Below are positions 19,524-30,704 of a DNA stretch of 64,000 bases, piece after piece (within the stretch, counting starts at the first letter, position 1; each line of letters starts with the position of its first letter). A program made the position numbers and the translations under genes. The DNA is taken from contig OY969811.1 of assembly GCA_963703315.1 (NCBI GenBank), forward strand, positions 3,872,001 through 3,936,000. Reading direction: 5' to 3'. Source of the stretch: an uncultured cyanobacterium. Its GTDB lineage: Bacteria > Cyanobacteriota > Cyanobacteriia > Pseudanabaenales > Pseudanabaenaceae. The notes beneath the pieces are model-generated. The model was not told the DNA's origin. It ran no database searches and worked only from the letters and a program-made list of their open reading frames with translations.

Positions 19524-20556
19524 ATACGAAAGACTAAATCCAGAACAAGAAGCAATAATTTATTTGCAGGAAGCATTAATTATCGCCAAGGAGGTGAGTG
19601 ATCGCAGTAGTGAAGGTTTAGCACTTGCTAATCTGGGAAATATGTTGTCTAAAGCAAAGCAATCCGAACTAGCGATTCTCTTTTACAAACAATCAATCAA
19701 TGTCCGTGAAGAGATCCGCAAAGACATCAAAAAACTTGACAGAGATATCCAAAAGTCGTATTTGACCACAGTCGAAAAGACCTATCGCGACCTCGCCGAC
19801 CTCCTCCTCCAACAAAACCGCATCATCGAAGCCCTGCAAGTCCTCGACCTCCTTAAAGTCCAAGAACTCGAAGACTATCTCAAAAACATCAAAGGCAACG
19901 ATAGATCCGCACAGGGAGTCAGACTATTAGCACCAGAACAAGCTCTTAGCGATAAGCTATTAACCATTAGCCCTGACAATAGCCAAGACATAAACAATCA
20001 ACTTGCCAATCAAATCCAACAACTTCCCAAAACCGAAATCAACAAAGTTCCCTACTATCTCAACCAAATCCCGCAGGGAACCGTATTACTCTATCCATTT
20101 ATTTTAGGCGATCGCCTCGAAATCATCCTCTTTGCCCCCAACAACCCACCCATCCGCCGCACCACCACAATCTCCAAAGACCAACTAGAAACCTTAATTA
20201 GTGATTATAGAGTAGGACTCCTTGATCCTAGTTCCGAAGACTTCAAAGAGCCAGCTATCCAACTCTATAACCTCCTGATTAAACCCATCGAAGCCGAACT
20301 CGTTCAATTCAACACCAAAACGATTCTCTATGCACCTGATGGACAACTGCGCTACATCCCCATCGCTGCACTCTATGACGGTAAACAATTGTTAGTTGAG
20401 AAATACCAGATTAGCAACATCATCGCCTATACCCTCTCCGACTTTACACCACAACCCAAAAACTCACCCAACATCCTCGCAGGAGCCTTTGGCGGTAAAG
20501 CAGGCGATCGCAAATTTGGACAAACAGCCTTACCCGCAACCGTCAGAGAAGTTCAA

Positions 20557-22272
20557 CCCACATTCCGCTCGTAATGGAAGGGTAAAATAATTAACTAAAG
20601 GTAAGGCACAAGAGCAAAAAGAGGAGGCAGGTATTAATACAGAGATGAAAGTAACGAACCTAGACCATCTAGGGATCGTGGCAGGAATCATCGACGAGAT
20701 GGGAATCGTGGAAGAAATAAACACGATAATCGGGAGAAGCTCAAGAGAAAAAGTAAGTGCAGGGGTAATTGTCAAAGCCATGCTAATGAATGGATTAGGA
20801 TTTGTATCAGCCCCCCTGTATATGTTTAGTAAATTTTTTGAAGGAAAACCAGCCGAGCACTTATTGGGGGAAGGGATAACAGCCGAACAAATCAATGATG
20901 ACCGCATCGGTAAAGTACTGGATGACTTACATGAAGCAGGACTGAGTGAGACATTTTTAGGAATCAGCCTGAAAGCAGTAGCGAAATACGATGTCAAGGT
21001 AGAAACAGGACATATAGACTCAACCTCATTTCACGTAGATGGGGAATATGGCAGAGAGGAAGAAGGGAGTATCGAAATCACACACGGATATTCACGCGAC
21101 CATCGCCCCGACCTGAAGCAATTTATGATGAACCTGATCTGTGTAGGAGATGGAGACATTCCCGTAATGATGGAAGTGGTAAGTGGAAATCAAGCCGACA
21201 AAGCAAGATTTGCAGGACTATTACAAGAATTCAAAACCCAGTGGACATTTGAGGGAATATGCGTAGGCGATGCAGCGCTATACAGTGAAGAAAATCTGGT
21301 AGCAATGACAGGACTAAAATGGCTAACCCGAGTGCCATTAAGCATCAAAACTGCAAGTGACTTAGTGTCAAGCACAACTGACCTACAAGAAAGTAAATTT
21401 AAGGGATACAGGACAGCCGAAACTGTGAGTGAGTATGGTGGTGTAAGACAGAGATGGATTTTAGTTGATAGCCAAGCAAGACGTAAATCAGACATCAAAA
21501 AGTTAGACAAAAAGCTTGAGCAAGTCCAGCAAAAATGTCATCAAGATTTACACACTTTGGCGGGACAAGATTTTGCCTGTGCTGCTGACGCGATCGCTGC
21601 TGCTGAAAAATTATCAACCAAGATGAAATGGCATCAACTCGACCATATTCAAGCAGTAGAAAAACCACATTATGCGAAACGGGGTAAGCCACAACCTGAT
21701 GCTATACCCACCAGCATTAGTTATCGGATTACTGCAACGGTGATTCCTATAGACTCAGAAATCTTGGCTCAGCAACAGCGTTGTGGCAGGTTTATTTTAG
21801 CCACGAATATTCTTGATTCCTTACAATTCACGGCTGATGATGCTTTACGGGAATACAAGGCTCAGCAGAGCACTGAGCGTGGTTTTCGTTTCCTCAAAGA
21901 TCCTTTGTTTTTTACTTCGAGTGTTTTTCTCAAGTCTGCTAAACGCATTGAGGCTTTGGGCATGATTATGGCACTGTGCTTGCTCGTTTATAATTTAGCC
22001 CAACGTCAACTCAGACTTGCCTTAGCCATCGCTCAAGATACTATTCCTAATCAATTGGGTAAACCCACTAATTCGCCAACTTTGCGTTGGATTTTTCAAT
22101 GTTTTATGGCGGTTCATTTAGTTTCTTTTCAGGGACTCACTCAAGTTGTTAATTTGTCTCCTCTTCGGATTCACATTTTGAATTTCTTTTCTCCCTCCTG
22201 CCAACGCTACTATTTGCTCCCTGCTCCTGTTTCGTAATTGTTTTTTTTCTTCCATTACGAGCGGAATGTGGG
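20557..22272 (+). mobile_element. IS1634-family element
   Basis: 24-bp perfect TIR CCCACATTCCGCTCGTAATGGAAG; TSD TTCAA (or GTTCAA). Confidence 0.93.
20645..22237 (+). CDS. IS1634-family transposase
   Basis: NLDHLGIVAG, HIDSTSF, GYSRDHRPDLKQ, ERGFRFLKDP motifs. Confidence 0.95.
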   Translation: MKVTNLDHLGIVAGIIDEMGIVEEINTIIGRSSREKVSAGVIVKAMLMNGLGFVSAPLYMFSKFFEGKPAEHLLGEGITAEQINDDRIGKVLDDLHEAGLSETFLGISLKAVAKYDVKVETGHIDSTSFHVDGEYGREEEGSIEITHGYSRDHRPDLKQFMMNLICVGDGDIPVMMEVVSGNQADKARFAGLLQEFKTQWTFEGICVGDAALYSEENLVAMTGLKWLTRVPLSIKTASDLVSSTTDLQESKFKGYRTAETVSEYGGVRQRWILVDSQARRKSDIKKLDKKLEQVQQKCHQDLHTLAGQDFACAADAIAAAEKLSTKMKWHQLDHIQAVEKPHYAKRGKPQPDAIPTSISYRITATVIPIDSEILAQQQRCGRFILATNILDSLQFTADDALREYKAQQSTERGFRFLKDPLFFTSSVFLKSAKRIEALGMIMALCLLVYNLAQRQLRLALAIAQDTIPNQLGKPTNSPTLRWIFQCFMAVHLVSFQGLTQVVNLSPLRIHILNFFSPSCQRYYLLPAPVS

Positions 22273-22845
22273 TTCAAGCGATCGCCAACTCATTTCAAAA
22301 CTCAGTTACCCTCATCGAAGAACAATTTAGTCGTCAAGCCATTGAGTCTAAATTTAAAAACCATAATATTCTCCACCTTGCCACCCATGCCGAATTCAAT
22401 ACAGGTGATCCCGATCAGTCCTTCATCATCTTCGGCAATGGCGACAAAATTCGTCTAGGTGAAATCACCGATTGGCAGATTCCCAATATCGATTTGATTA
22501 TCTTGAGTGCCTGTCAGACAGGAGTAGGGAAACTCGGCAGTGGGGTAGAAATCTTAGGCTTTGGCTATCAAGTCCAAAAAGCTGGCGCAAAACAAGCGAT
22601 CGCCTCGCTTTGGTCAGTCAATGATGAAGGTACTCAAGCCCTCATGGAAGTTTTTTATCGCGAACTAAAAAAAGGCGATGTCACATCCACTGAGGCTTTA
22701 CATAGAGCGCAAGTTTCTCTAATCAAATCACCAAAATATAACCATCCTAATTATTGGTCAGCATTTTTTGCGATCGGTAATGGCTTGTGAGCGATAACTG
22801 CGCAAAAGATTCCATCACTTTTTTCCTAACAACAAATAGCGATCG

Positions 22846-23892
22846 CTATTTGTTGAGTGAATCTAGATACTTTTGCATTTGCTTCACTAATTTATAGAGT
22901 TCAGGTAAGCGACGGAAAATCGCTGAGGCTTTGATGAAGGTTTTGGCATCGATCGCGGGAGTACCAAAGATTTGTAAATCTGCCTCCAAATCATGGCTGA
23001 CACCAGACTGAGCGCGAATCACTGTGCGATCGCCAACTTTAATGTGATTAGCAATACCTGCCTGACCCGCCAGAATCACATTTTTGCCTAGCTTGACCCC
23101 TCCTGCAATTCCCGACTGTCCTGCCATCAGACAATTTTCTGAGAGAATGCAGCCATGACCAATCTGTACCAGATTGTCAATCTTACTACCGCGCCCAATC
23201 CGCGTATCCCCCACTGCACCGCGATCAATCGCTGAATTACAACCAACTTCCACAAAGTCTTCCAATATCGTTCTGCCAACTTGTTGCATTTTGACCCAAC
23301 TACCATCAGCATTCGGCACAAATCCAAATCCTTCTGCCCCAATCACCGCACCACTATGAATGACACAATCACTACCAATTAAACTACGCTCATGGATCAC
23401 GCAATTAGCATGGAGAATCGAGCGATCGCCAATCACTACATCGTGATAAATGGTGACATTAGGATAAATAAAGACATTATTGCCAATCTTCACCCCTGAC
23501 TCAATCACCACGTGGGGAGCGATATAGACATTTTCTCCTAGTTCCACATCTTCGGCAATTACCGCCGTACTATGGATACTTGGTTTAGGCGTTTTTGGTT
23601 GATAGAATAACGTAATCGCCTTCGCAAATAATAATCGTGGCTGGGCGATCGCCAGATGGGGAATTTTTAAAGATTGCACTAGTTGCAATACTTCTGGATC
23701 AGTATTGACTAATAATGCTCCCGCCTTAGTTTCATGTAATTGATTAAAAAAGCGACTACTTTCTAAAAAGCCTAAATCACTAGCAGTTGCTTCCAATAAA
23801 GTTGCCACTCCTGAAATCTCAGGATCACCATTCTCCAAATTCAAACCAGAGCGATCGGCATCAAGAGCAGTAACGAGTTCACTAAATTTCAT
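22846..23892 (-). CDS. lpxD: UDP-3-O-acylglucosamine N-acyltransferase
   Basis: Hexapeptide repeats, GAEGFGF, KIDNLVQIGH. Confidence 0.95.
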   Translation of the reverse strand: MKFSELVTALDADRSGLNLENGDPEISGVATLLEATASDLGFLESSRFFNQLHETKAGALLVNTDPEVLQLVQSLKIPHLAIAQPRLLFAKAITLFYQPKTPKPSIHSTAVIAEDVELGENVYIAPHVVIESGVKIGNNVFIYPNVTIYHDVVIGDRSILHANCVIHERSLIGSDCVIHSGAVIGAEGFGFVPNADGSWVKMQQVGRTILEDFVEVGCNSAIDRGAVGDTRIGRGSKIDNLVQIGHGCILSENCLMAGQSGIAGGVKLGKNVILAGQAGIANHIKVGDRTVIRAQSGVSHDLEADLQIFGTPAIDAKTFIKASAIFRRLPELYKLVKQMQKYLDSLNK

Positions 23893-23929
23893 GGTTTGAC
23901 TAGTTAAATTAATTCTCGTGTCAGATTTT

Positions 23930-23993
23930 ATACCAATTCACAAAAGGGTTGGCACACTTTTGTGAATTAAAAACCAAACCCAGTAAGGGTTTT
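23930..23993. repeat. Dispersed intergenic repeat (AATTCAC..AAG hairpin family); other copies at 38484-38583 and 40602-40641
   Basis: ataccaattcacaaaag...cacttttgtgaattaaaaaccaaacccagtaag. Confidence 0.8.
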
Positions 23994-24160
23994 ATACCAA
24001 AGAAAGTTTTGCGTAGGACAAAACCCCAGAAATGAGTGGCGGCGCGAAGCGCCGCCACTCATTTCTGGGGTTTTGATTTGTATTAGCGCACTCTTGGTTT
24101 GCTATAAAAGCTAAAAGCGGCGCTATGCGCCGCTTTTAGCTTTTATAGACAGATCGGTTT

Positions 24161-24763
24161 TTATGCAGCCGCGAAGTTAGCAGCGACAAAATCCCAATTG
24201 ATCAAGTTTTCAACGAAGTTAGCCATGAAGTTAGGACGGCTATTTTGGAAGTCGAGGTAATAGGCGTGTTCCCAAACATCCATTGTCAACAAAGGAACTT
24301 GTCCTTCATGGACTAGAGGATTTTCAGCGTTAGGAGTTTTGGTGATTTTCAACTTACCGCCTTCAGCAACGAGCCATGCCCAGCCGCTACCAAATTGGGT
24401 TGCACCAGCATTTTTGAATTCGGTCTTAAAGTTATCCAAGCTACCAAAGCTAGCATTAATTGCATCCAACAAAGCACCAGTAGGAGCGCCGCCACCAGCA
24501 GGCTTGATACCATTCCAGTAGAAGGTATGATTCCACACTTGAGCTGCGTTATTGAAGATTCCAGCTTTTCCTTCTTTGTAGCTAATCTTAATGATTTCTT
24601 CTAAAGATTTGTCAGCAAGATCGGTATCTTTAATTAGGTTGTTGAGGTTATCAACATACGCTTTATGGTGCTTACCATAGTGAAAGGATAGGGTCTCAGC
24701 AGACATACCCGAAGCTGCAAGAGCGTCTTGGGCGTAGGGTAAAGGTGGGAGTTCAAATGCCAT
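24161..24763 (-). CDS. sodB: Fe superoxide dismutase
   Basis: HYGKHH, NNAAQVWNH (Fe type), DVWEHAYY. Confidence 0.95.
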   Translation of the reverse strand: MAFELPPLPYAQDALAASGMSAETLSFHYGKHHKAYVDNLNNLIKDTDLADKSLEEIIKISYKEGKAGIFNNAAQVWNHTFYWNGIKPAGGGAPTGALLDAINASFGSLDNFKTEFKNAGATQFGSGWAWLVAEGGKLKITKTPNAENPLVHEGQVPLLTMDVWEHAYYLDFQNSRPNFMANFVENLINWDFVAANFAAA

Positions 24764-24946
24764 TGTTGTTTAACCTTTTAAAGTTTGAAGTGATTTCTTA
24801 GCTTTAAGTATTGTTACGATTATAAGCTAGATCGTAAAGCGTAGTCACTGTTACAACTTTATATTTTAGCGATCGCCATTCGTAAATCCCACATCCATAG
24901 GGCGATCGATCTTCGTAGATTAGATGAGAGCAATTAAGAGTCCTAC

Positions 24947-25486
24947 ATGAAAAAAAGAGATCTGTTAATAACTGGAGCAGCCTTCCTTGGTAGCGCAGGA
25001 CTATTCCAATTTTGGCGATCGCAATCTCCAAGTTCTCCATCCATAGATCCAGCGATCGCCGTAGACTTAGATATAGACAAAACTAAAGCAACCAAGAAAT
25101 ATCAAATTATGAAGACTGAAGATGAATGGAAACAGATCCTTACGCCTGAGCAATTTAAGGTTTTACGAAAGCATGGCACTGAGCGAGCTTTTACTAGCCC
25201 CTTAGATAAGGAATATAGCAAAGGTACTTATAACTGTTCAGGCTGCGATCTACCATTGTTCACCTCCGACACCAAATTTAATAGTGGTACTGGCTGGCCT
25301 AGCTTTTTTCAACCCATTGAAGGAGCGATCGCCACAACTATCGATAAGTCATTATTTATGCAGCGTATCGAAGTGCATTGCAGTCGCTGTGGTGGTCATT
25401 TAGGTCATGTTTTTAATGATGGTCCCAAACCCACAGGGCAACGCTACTGTATGAACGGAGTTTCTCTAAAGTTCATTCCTGCTTAA
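24947..25486 (+). CDS. msrB: Methionine-R-sulfoxide reductase with export signal
   Basis: GTERAF, CxxC pairs, GWPSF, HLGHVF, RYCMN; N-terminal KKRDLL plus hydrophobic segment (Tat-like). Confidence 0.95.
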   Translation: MKKRDLLITGAAFLGSAGLFQFWRSQSPSSPSIDPAIAVDLDIDKTKATKKYQIMKTEDEWKQILTPEQFKVLRKHGTERAFTSPLDKEYSKGTYNCSGCDLPLFTSDTKFNSGTGWPSFFQPIEGAIATTIDKSLFMQRIEVHCSRCGGHLGHVFNDGPKPTGQRYCMNGVSLKFIPA

Positions 25487-25528
25487 AACAAAAACTAAAA
25501 GAGATTGGCGATGCATCGCCAATCTCTT

Positions 25529-27556
25529 TTAGTTACGCTGTTCTATTCCATTTTGAACATTAGTTACATTGGATGGTGGGCGCGTCCAGTTAAAATCACT
25601 AATCCTGAGTAAGAATTCTCCCAAACCCTGATTAGGATTGTATCGAATCACTACAGAATAAGTCCGCCTTGCATATTCTAAGGAATATACCGAGTCATAT
25701 AAGTTACCAGTATCTAAATTCCAACTTTGTTGAATACCAATACGAATCGGTCCATAAATTTGTTGGACGATACCTGCTGTCAGCGATCGCGTATCAGCCA
25801 CACGATCAAAGAAAAATGGTGATTTACCACTAGAAAATGCTTGGGTATAGCTAATATTGAAACCAGTATAGTCAAGAACATCCTTAACAAAATGACCAAC
25901 TTCCCCAGATAATCCCACAGTTCCAAACAACACAGCTTGGTTAGCTCCATTGGAATAGAGAGAGTTTACAGCCTGTGCGCCTAAAAAAGCATCTAGCTTT
26001 GGCACAATTGGTTTGGGAGAGAATCTCAAACCTGTTTCTTTCTCGGCTGGTGCTGGTTCGCCACGCCAAAGCGGAATGGAACGACTGAGAGCAGCAGCAC
26101 CTTGCCAACGCACTAATGTACCAACAGCAACAGGTTGGATATCATCTCGTACCGCCCCAACCATCTGCAAAGAAGTTTGGTAATTAAAGGAGATTTGGGA
26201 ATCACCAAGTACATAATTAGGAGAGATTAAAGTTGTTCCTAAAAGGTTATTGACATCCTGAAATCCTAGCGAGCCATTGTAAACCTGATCCCGAAAAGCA
26301 TATTGCGAAATCAGCGTATGGTTGCCAAACACGGGAATCTGATAAGTGGCATTAGCACGTAATACCGACTCCAGTTTTGTAAAGTCTAAACCTGAGAGAC
26401 TAGCTCTAGCGGATAATTTATGTCCATTATCAAAAGCACCATTTAAGGTGGCAACTATCCCAAAAAGATCAAATGCTGCTAGTCCTTTCTGACTCGTAAA
26501 TGCTCTTTCGAGGAGTAATTGGGGTGATAGCTGCACACTTAAGTTAGGCTGCGTAACCACATCAAAACTCTGCTGATAGAAAATACCATCGCGATCGCGG
26601 CGATCTACACCTAACAAAGCAGGCGAGAAGCGCTGGAAGCGGTCAATGATGACGCTATTGATCGGTAATGGCAACGAAAAGCCCTGATCAAAAACAATGA
26701 TGGGAGATTCGAGTTCAAGGCGGTTTTGGGTAGGAGAAATTGGCGTTAATGTCGCTTTACTCGTCACTAACTCTAATTCGGGAGGCGTAAAAGGATCGTT
26801 GGTAACGCGCAAATTTTCGGCTGTCCAATAATCTCCGTCAATTATTAAGCGATCAGCAATAAATCCCAAACGCCGCACTTGTCCATCAGCCGAGTTATTT
26901 GAGCCAAGAATGGAGACAGTAACTGAGTTAGCGGCAGTTTCTGAGGGGGATTTTGCTACTTCCGAACTGTTTAAAGTACCTAAGTCAACTGAACCTGAAG
27001 CCTTAAGAAGCTCACCTTTTACAGTGCCATAGTTGTAAGTAAGTTTTGTGCCACGAATTTTTTGATCTCCACGTGTAAAAAATACGTTGCCTTCGGCTAC
27101 AACCTCTTGGGTTTGCGTATTCATTTGAACACGATCAGCCTTTAGTTCTGACTTTTTGTAAGTGATCACTACATTTCCTTCAGCGACAAACACCTGAGTA
27201 TTAATGTCATACTCTTGGCGATCGCCAACTACAACAGCCTTGTCACCAACCCGTGGTGGCGGCACTGGACGAGGCTTGTCGTTGGGTTTGGGCTTGGGTA
27301 GACTATTTGGCTTGATTGGTCCCGCTTGGGCAATCAAGTTCAACTTAATCATCTGACGCGACAGTGTATTGGGATCAGGCAACTTTTCTAAAAAAAGCTC
27401 CAGTTGCGATCGCACCTTAAGCGGCAACTCCGCAGATGATCTCACAGCACGACTGCTCGGCGTAGGCATTAACGACGACGCTTGCTTAGGAGTCTGTCGC
27501 ACCTCTGCATAGGTGCTAGGCGACAGTTGTAGTGAAGGTGGTGGTAAAGATTCCAT
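25529..27556 (-). CDS. DUF3769 / LptD-OstA-like outer-membrane protein
   Basis: OstA-like AEGNVVI..LKADRV; C-terminal beta strands QQIYGP...RISDFNW. Confidence 0.8.
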   Translation of the reverse strand: MESLPPPSLQLSPSTYAEVRQTPKQASSLMPTPSSRAVRSSAELPLKVRSQLELFLEKLPDPNTLSRQMIKLNLIAQAGPIKPNSLPKPKPNDKPRPVPPPRVGDKAVVVGDRQEYDINTQVFVAEGNVVITYKKSELKADRVQMNTQTQEVVAEGNVFFTRGDQKIRGTKLTYNYGTVKGELLKASGSVDLGTLNSSEVAKSPSETAANSVTVSILGSNNSADGQVRRLGFIADRLIIDGDYWTAENLRVTNDPFTPPELELVTSKATLTPISPTQNRLELESPIIVFDQGFSLPLPINSVIIDRFQRFSPALLGVDRRDRDGIFYQQSFDVVTQPNLSVQLSPQLLLERAFTSQKGLAAFDLFGIVATLNGAFDNGHKLSARASLSGLDFTKLESVLRANATYQIPVFGNHTLISQYAFRDQVYNGSLGFQDVNNLLGTTLISPNYVLGDSQISFNYQTSLQMVGAVRDDIQPVAVGTLVRWQGAAALSRSIPLWRGEPAPAEKETGLRFSPKPIVPKLDAFLGAQAVNSLYSNGANQAVLFGTVGLSGEVGHFVKDVLDYTGFNISYTQAFSSGKSPFFFDRVADTRSLTAGIVQQIYGPIRIGIQQSWNLDTGNLYDSVYSLEYARRTYSVVIRYNPNQGLGEFLLRISDFNWTRPPSNVTNVQNGIEQRN

Positions 27557-27677
27557 ACAACATTAAGTCTACAGGATCTTTCGCTGACATGAAAAGGAGT
27601 AGATCGCTTAAAACCCAAAAAGAGAGTAGCGGCGCTTTGCGCCGCTACTCTCTTTTTGGGTTTATGCCACAACTAAG

Positions 27678-28832
27678 TTAGTTGCGAATTTGGACAGGCA
27701 TCAGTAAATAAGTCATTTTAGTTGCCCCAATTGGCACAAGTACCGCAGGGCTAGTGGGATTATTTAACTGAATTTGAATTTCATTACTAGGTAAAGCCTT
27801 TAACCCATCAAGCAAATATTTAACGTTGAAAGCAATTTCTACATCTTCACCCGACACTTGAGCAGGCAATGATTCACGCCCTGCGGCAACGTCAGGAGCT
27901 TCGACAGAGAGCGAGATTTCTTGTCCTGTTGAGTCAATGGAGATTTTGACAATGTTATTTTTTTGGTCAGCCAAAACCGCAATACGCTCTAGAGCCGAGA
28001 GAAATAATTTGCGCTCTAAGGTCACTTGACGCTCAAAGCGGTTGGGTATCAGTTGGCGATAGTTGGGGTAAGTGCCATCCAGCAGACGTGAAATCAAGAT
28101 TTGGTTAGCACTTTGGAAAATCATGTTAGCGCGATCAAACTTCACGGCGATCGCCCCTTCAGTCTGTTGGTTGAGCATTCGCTCTAGTTCACGGAGCGCT
28201 CTTGCGGGAATTGTGACTTCCAGATTTGTAGTCACTGTATCGCCCGTCACAGGTGGCTCATCGGCATCTAAAAATCCTGTTTGCACCACTGACAAGCGAT
28301 GTCCATCGGTTGCTGCAAACTCTAGGCGATCGCCACTAGCGGTAAGATGCACGCCCGTCAGAATTCTCTTAGTTTCATCAGCCGAAGTTGCAAACAGCGT
28401 TGAGGCTAAACCACTCAGCATCGACTCCACAGGCAAATAGGTTGTTTCACCATCTTCCCCGATTTGAGGTAGCTCAGGAAACTCCTCAACAGGTAAACCA
28501 TGCAACTGATAACGACCCGAACCACAGACAATCGAAACCATCGTATTGTCCTTGTCTACGGTGATGGTGATGTCCTCATCAGGAAGCCGCGAAACAATGT
28601 CGTTGAGTAGTTTTGCAGGCAAAGTGATTGATCCCGCCTCTACCACTTCCGCAGGAAAGGAAACTTGAATACCCAAATTCAGATCAAAAGCAGTCATCCC
28701 AAGACTTTGACTAGAGCCATCAGCATCAATTCGGATATTTGCCAAAATTGGGTGCGTAGGACGAGATGCGACAGCACGACCGACAAGGGCAAGGTTAGCA
28801 GCAAGTTGGTTTTGAGGACAGACTAATCGCAT
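27678..28832 (-). CDS. dnaN: DNA polymerase III beta clamp
   Basis: RPTHPILAN, ATDGHRL, YPNYRQLIP, YLLMPVQIR. Confidence 0.97.
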   Translation of the reverse strand: MRLVCPQNQLAANLALVGRAVASRPTHPILANIRIDADGSSQSLGMTAFDLNLGIQVSFPAEVVEAGSITLPAKLLNDIVSRLPDEDITITVDKDNTMVSIVCGSGRYQLHGLPVEEFPELPQIGEDGETTYLPVESMLSGLASTLFATSADETKRILTGVHLTASGDRLEFAATDGHRLSVVQTGFLDADEPPVTGDTVTTNLEVTIPARALRELERMLNQQTEGAIAVKFDRANMIFQSANQILISRLLDGTYPNYRQLIPNRFERQVTLERKLFLSALERIAVLADQKNNIVKISIDSTGQEISLSVEAPDVAAGRESLPAQVSGEDVEIAFNVKYLLDGLKALPSNEIQIQLNNPTSPAVLVPIGATKMTYLLMPVQIRN

Positions 28833-29199
28833 AGTTCTAAGTTTCTAAGAGAATTTTCTAAACTGAGTGACGAAGTTGAAGAGTTAGAGATAAATTTTGC
28901 ATGAAGCTCATGCAGTCGTATTGAGGTTTCTGGGTTTGAGCTGATGTATTAACAACCCTAGAAAATATTAGCTAAATTCTTCTCAAAATTGCTTTTAAAA
29001 ATTGGACTTTACAAATTGGACTTTTAGGTGAGGAGAAATTCATGGGGAAAATTGCAGAGGTTTCAAAAATCGGAAATCTTAAATTTTTGATTGAACTTTT
29101 GGAAAATGAATAATATATAAAAACACTTAAAAAATATTTTCGGCGTTAAAGCTTTGAAGCAGGATTTTCAAAAATAACTTTTCAACAACGGCTCGTTAG

Positions 29200-29550
29200 T
29201 TTTTTGATTTGTGGAAGCCAATCATATCATCGTTGGAAATTTTTAAACGACAAAAAATCCAATTCCTATTTTCAGTTTTTTTTCGTTCAAACTCTTTATT
29301 ACTCTTTAAAGAATAAATAAATATTAACTAGTAGTAGTAGGGGCTGTGGAAAATGTGGAAAACTTTAAAGAAAGTATATACAGTAAGCCTCATAGCATTT
29401 TTTGCCTGTGGAAAACCCTGTGGAAAAAGTGGCTAGTTTTCCACAGGGTATAAATACCTAGTAAAAGTTTTCCACATTTATCCCCAAGTTATCCCCAGAT
29501 ATTGAAGAGTTTTCCACAGTAAATTAGTGGTTTTCCACAGGTTTTCCACA
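29200..29550. other. Putative chromosomal origin oriC
   Basis: 9 exact TTTTCCACA boxes (minus: 29345, 29354, 29407, 29419; plus: 29437, 29468, 29510, 29531, 29542), 2 TTATCCCCA (29478, 29489), (TAG)4 at 29329-29340 and an AT-rich flank, upstream of dnaN. Confidence 0.88.
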
Positions 29551-29918
29551 GGCTGGGCATGAATTTTTTGAGTTGGATGCGCCTAAATTCTTAAAAAAAT
29601 CATAAATTGATGACTAGGTTGAGGATGAATTTAGATATGACTTTCTTATGTAAAATCATTTTTGCTTAATTAAAATCAATCTATAGCAACTTTGAAAAGG
29701 TGAAAACAGAACGTAAAAAAGTTGGCTGTTAAATTTCTGACTTGAGGTGATTATCTAAATCTTTTATGCGATTTTTAGATTTTGGTGCTGAGATGGCGAT
29801 CGCTTTCTGCTCCCCTTTTGTGTAAATCCGTCTATAAATTGGATAATAAAAAACAGTTTGATCTTAAGTTGTTATTAATAAATTTTATAGGTTTAAGTAA
29901 ATTTAATAGGTTGTAATT

Positions 29919-30671
29919 ATGAATTTATTGGCATTGATAAATAAAACGATGAATAAAACTGTGAAAGCTAGCCTTGCTGGACTTCAGCGTTTTAGTATTG
30001 GGGCGATCGCTGTATTCATTAGCTTTTACTTGTCTACGGGTACGGCATGGGCTTTACAGGTATCCGATATTCCTGATTTGGCTGAACTCAAGACTCTGAC
30101 TGAGCAAACTTGGGTAATTGATGATTCGGAAGTATTGAGTCCCTTAACTAAAAGTGCGATCGTTAGCAAAGCCGAAAAGCTGGCAGAATCGACGGGAACT
30201 GAAGTTCATGTTGTGGCGATTCGCCGCATTGATCTTGGTCAACCTGCGTCCGAATTTGCGGCTGAGCTATTTGATAAATGGTTTCCTAATGAGGAAGAGA
30301 AGGCTAATCAAGTGCTGCTCTTTTTAGCGACTGAAGACCACCGTACTGCTATTCAGACGGGATCGAAAGTAAAAGAAGTTTTGCCAGAGGATATTGCTAA
30401 CAGTATTGCCGATGAGACTATGCTCTATCCTGCGCGGAAGGCAAACTATAACCAAGCTGTGAATGAGGGATTTTCTCGGTTAGAAACAGTTGTGAGGGGT
30501 AATCCCGATCCAGGCGCACCTCTTTTAGTAGTGGAAGAATCGGAAACAAGTAACTATGCTACTAAAGAAGAAACAGAAGCAAGTTCATCGAATATAGTGG
30601 TGATTATTTTGCTGATTTTGGCGACTTTGTTACCGATGGCAACCTACTATTGGCTCCAAAGTCAACCTTAA
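29919..30671 (+). CDS. psb32: TPM-domain PSII repair protein
   Basis: TWVIDDSEVLS, LFDKWFP, YNQA, G.PDPGAP, NYATKEET, C-terminal TM PMATYY. Confidence 0.88.
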   Translation: MNLLALINKTMNKTVKASLAGLQRFSIGAIAVFISFYLSTGTAWALQVSDIPDLAELKTLTEQTWVIDDSEVLSPLTKSAIVSKAEKLAESTGTEVHVVAIRRIDLGQPASEFAAELFDKWFPNEEEKANQVLLFLATEDHRTAIQTGSKVKEVLPEDIANSIADETMLYPARKANYNQAVNEGFSRLETVVRGNPDPGAPLLVVEESETSNYATKEETEASSSNIVVIILLILATLLPMATYYWLQSQP

Positions 30672-30704
30672 TCAAAACAAGAGGCGACGCATTGCGCCGC
30701 CTCT

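Larger units (their letters stand above)
17370..22790 (+). pseudogene. TPR + CHAT (caspase-like) protease gene interrupted by two IS elements
   Basis: 17370-18232 + 19530-20556 + 22278-22790 join in frame (2403 bp, 800 aa); 40-aa TPR units; HLATHA and LSACQTG catalytic motifs. Confidence 0.92.

Noticed and set aside
17370..22790. Three separate genes (296, 336, 174 aa)
   Set aside because: They are fragments of one TPR-CHAT gene split by IS insertions
29340..29550. CRISPR-like or iteron array
   Set aside because: Repeats are 9-mers in both orientations with irregular spacing, matching DnaA boxes; no cas genes in the window
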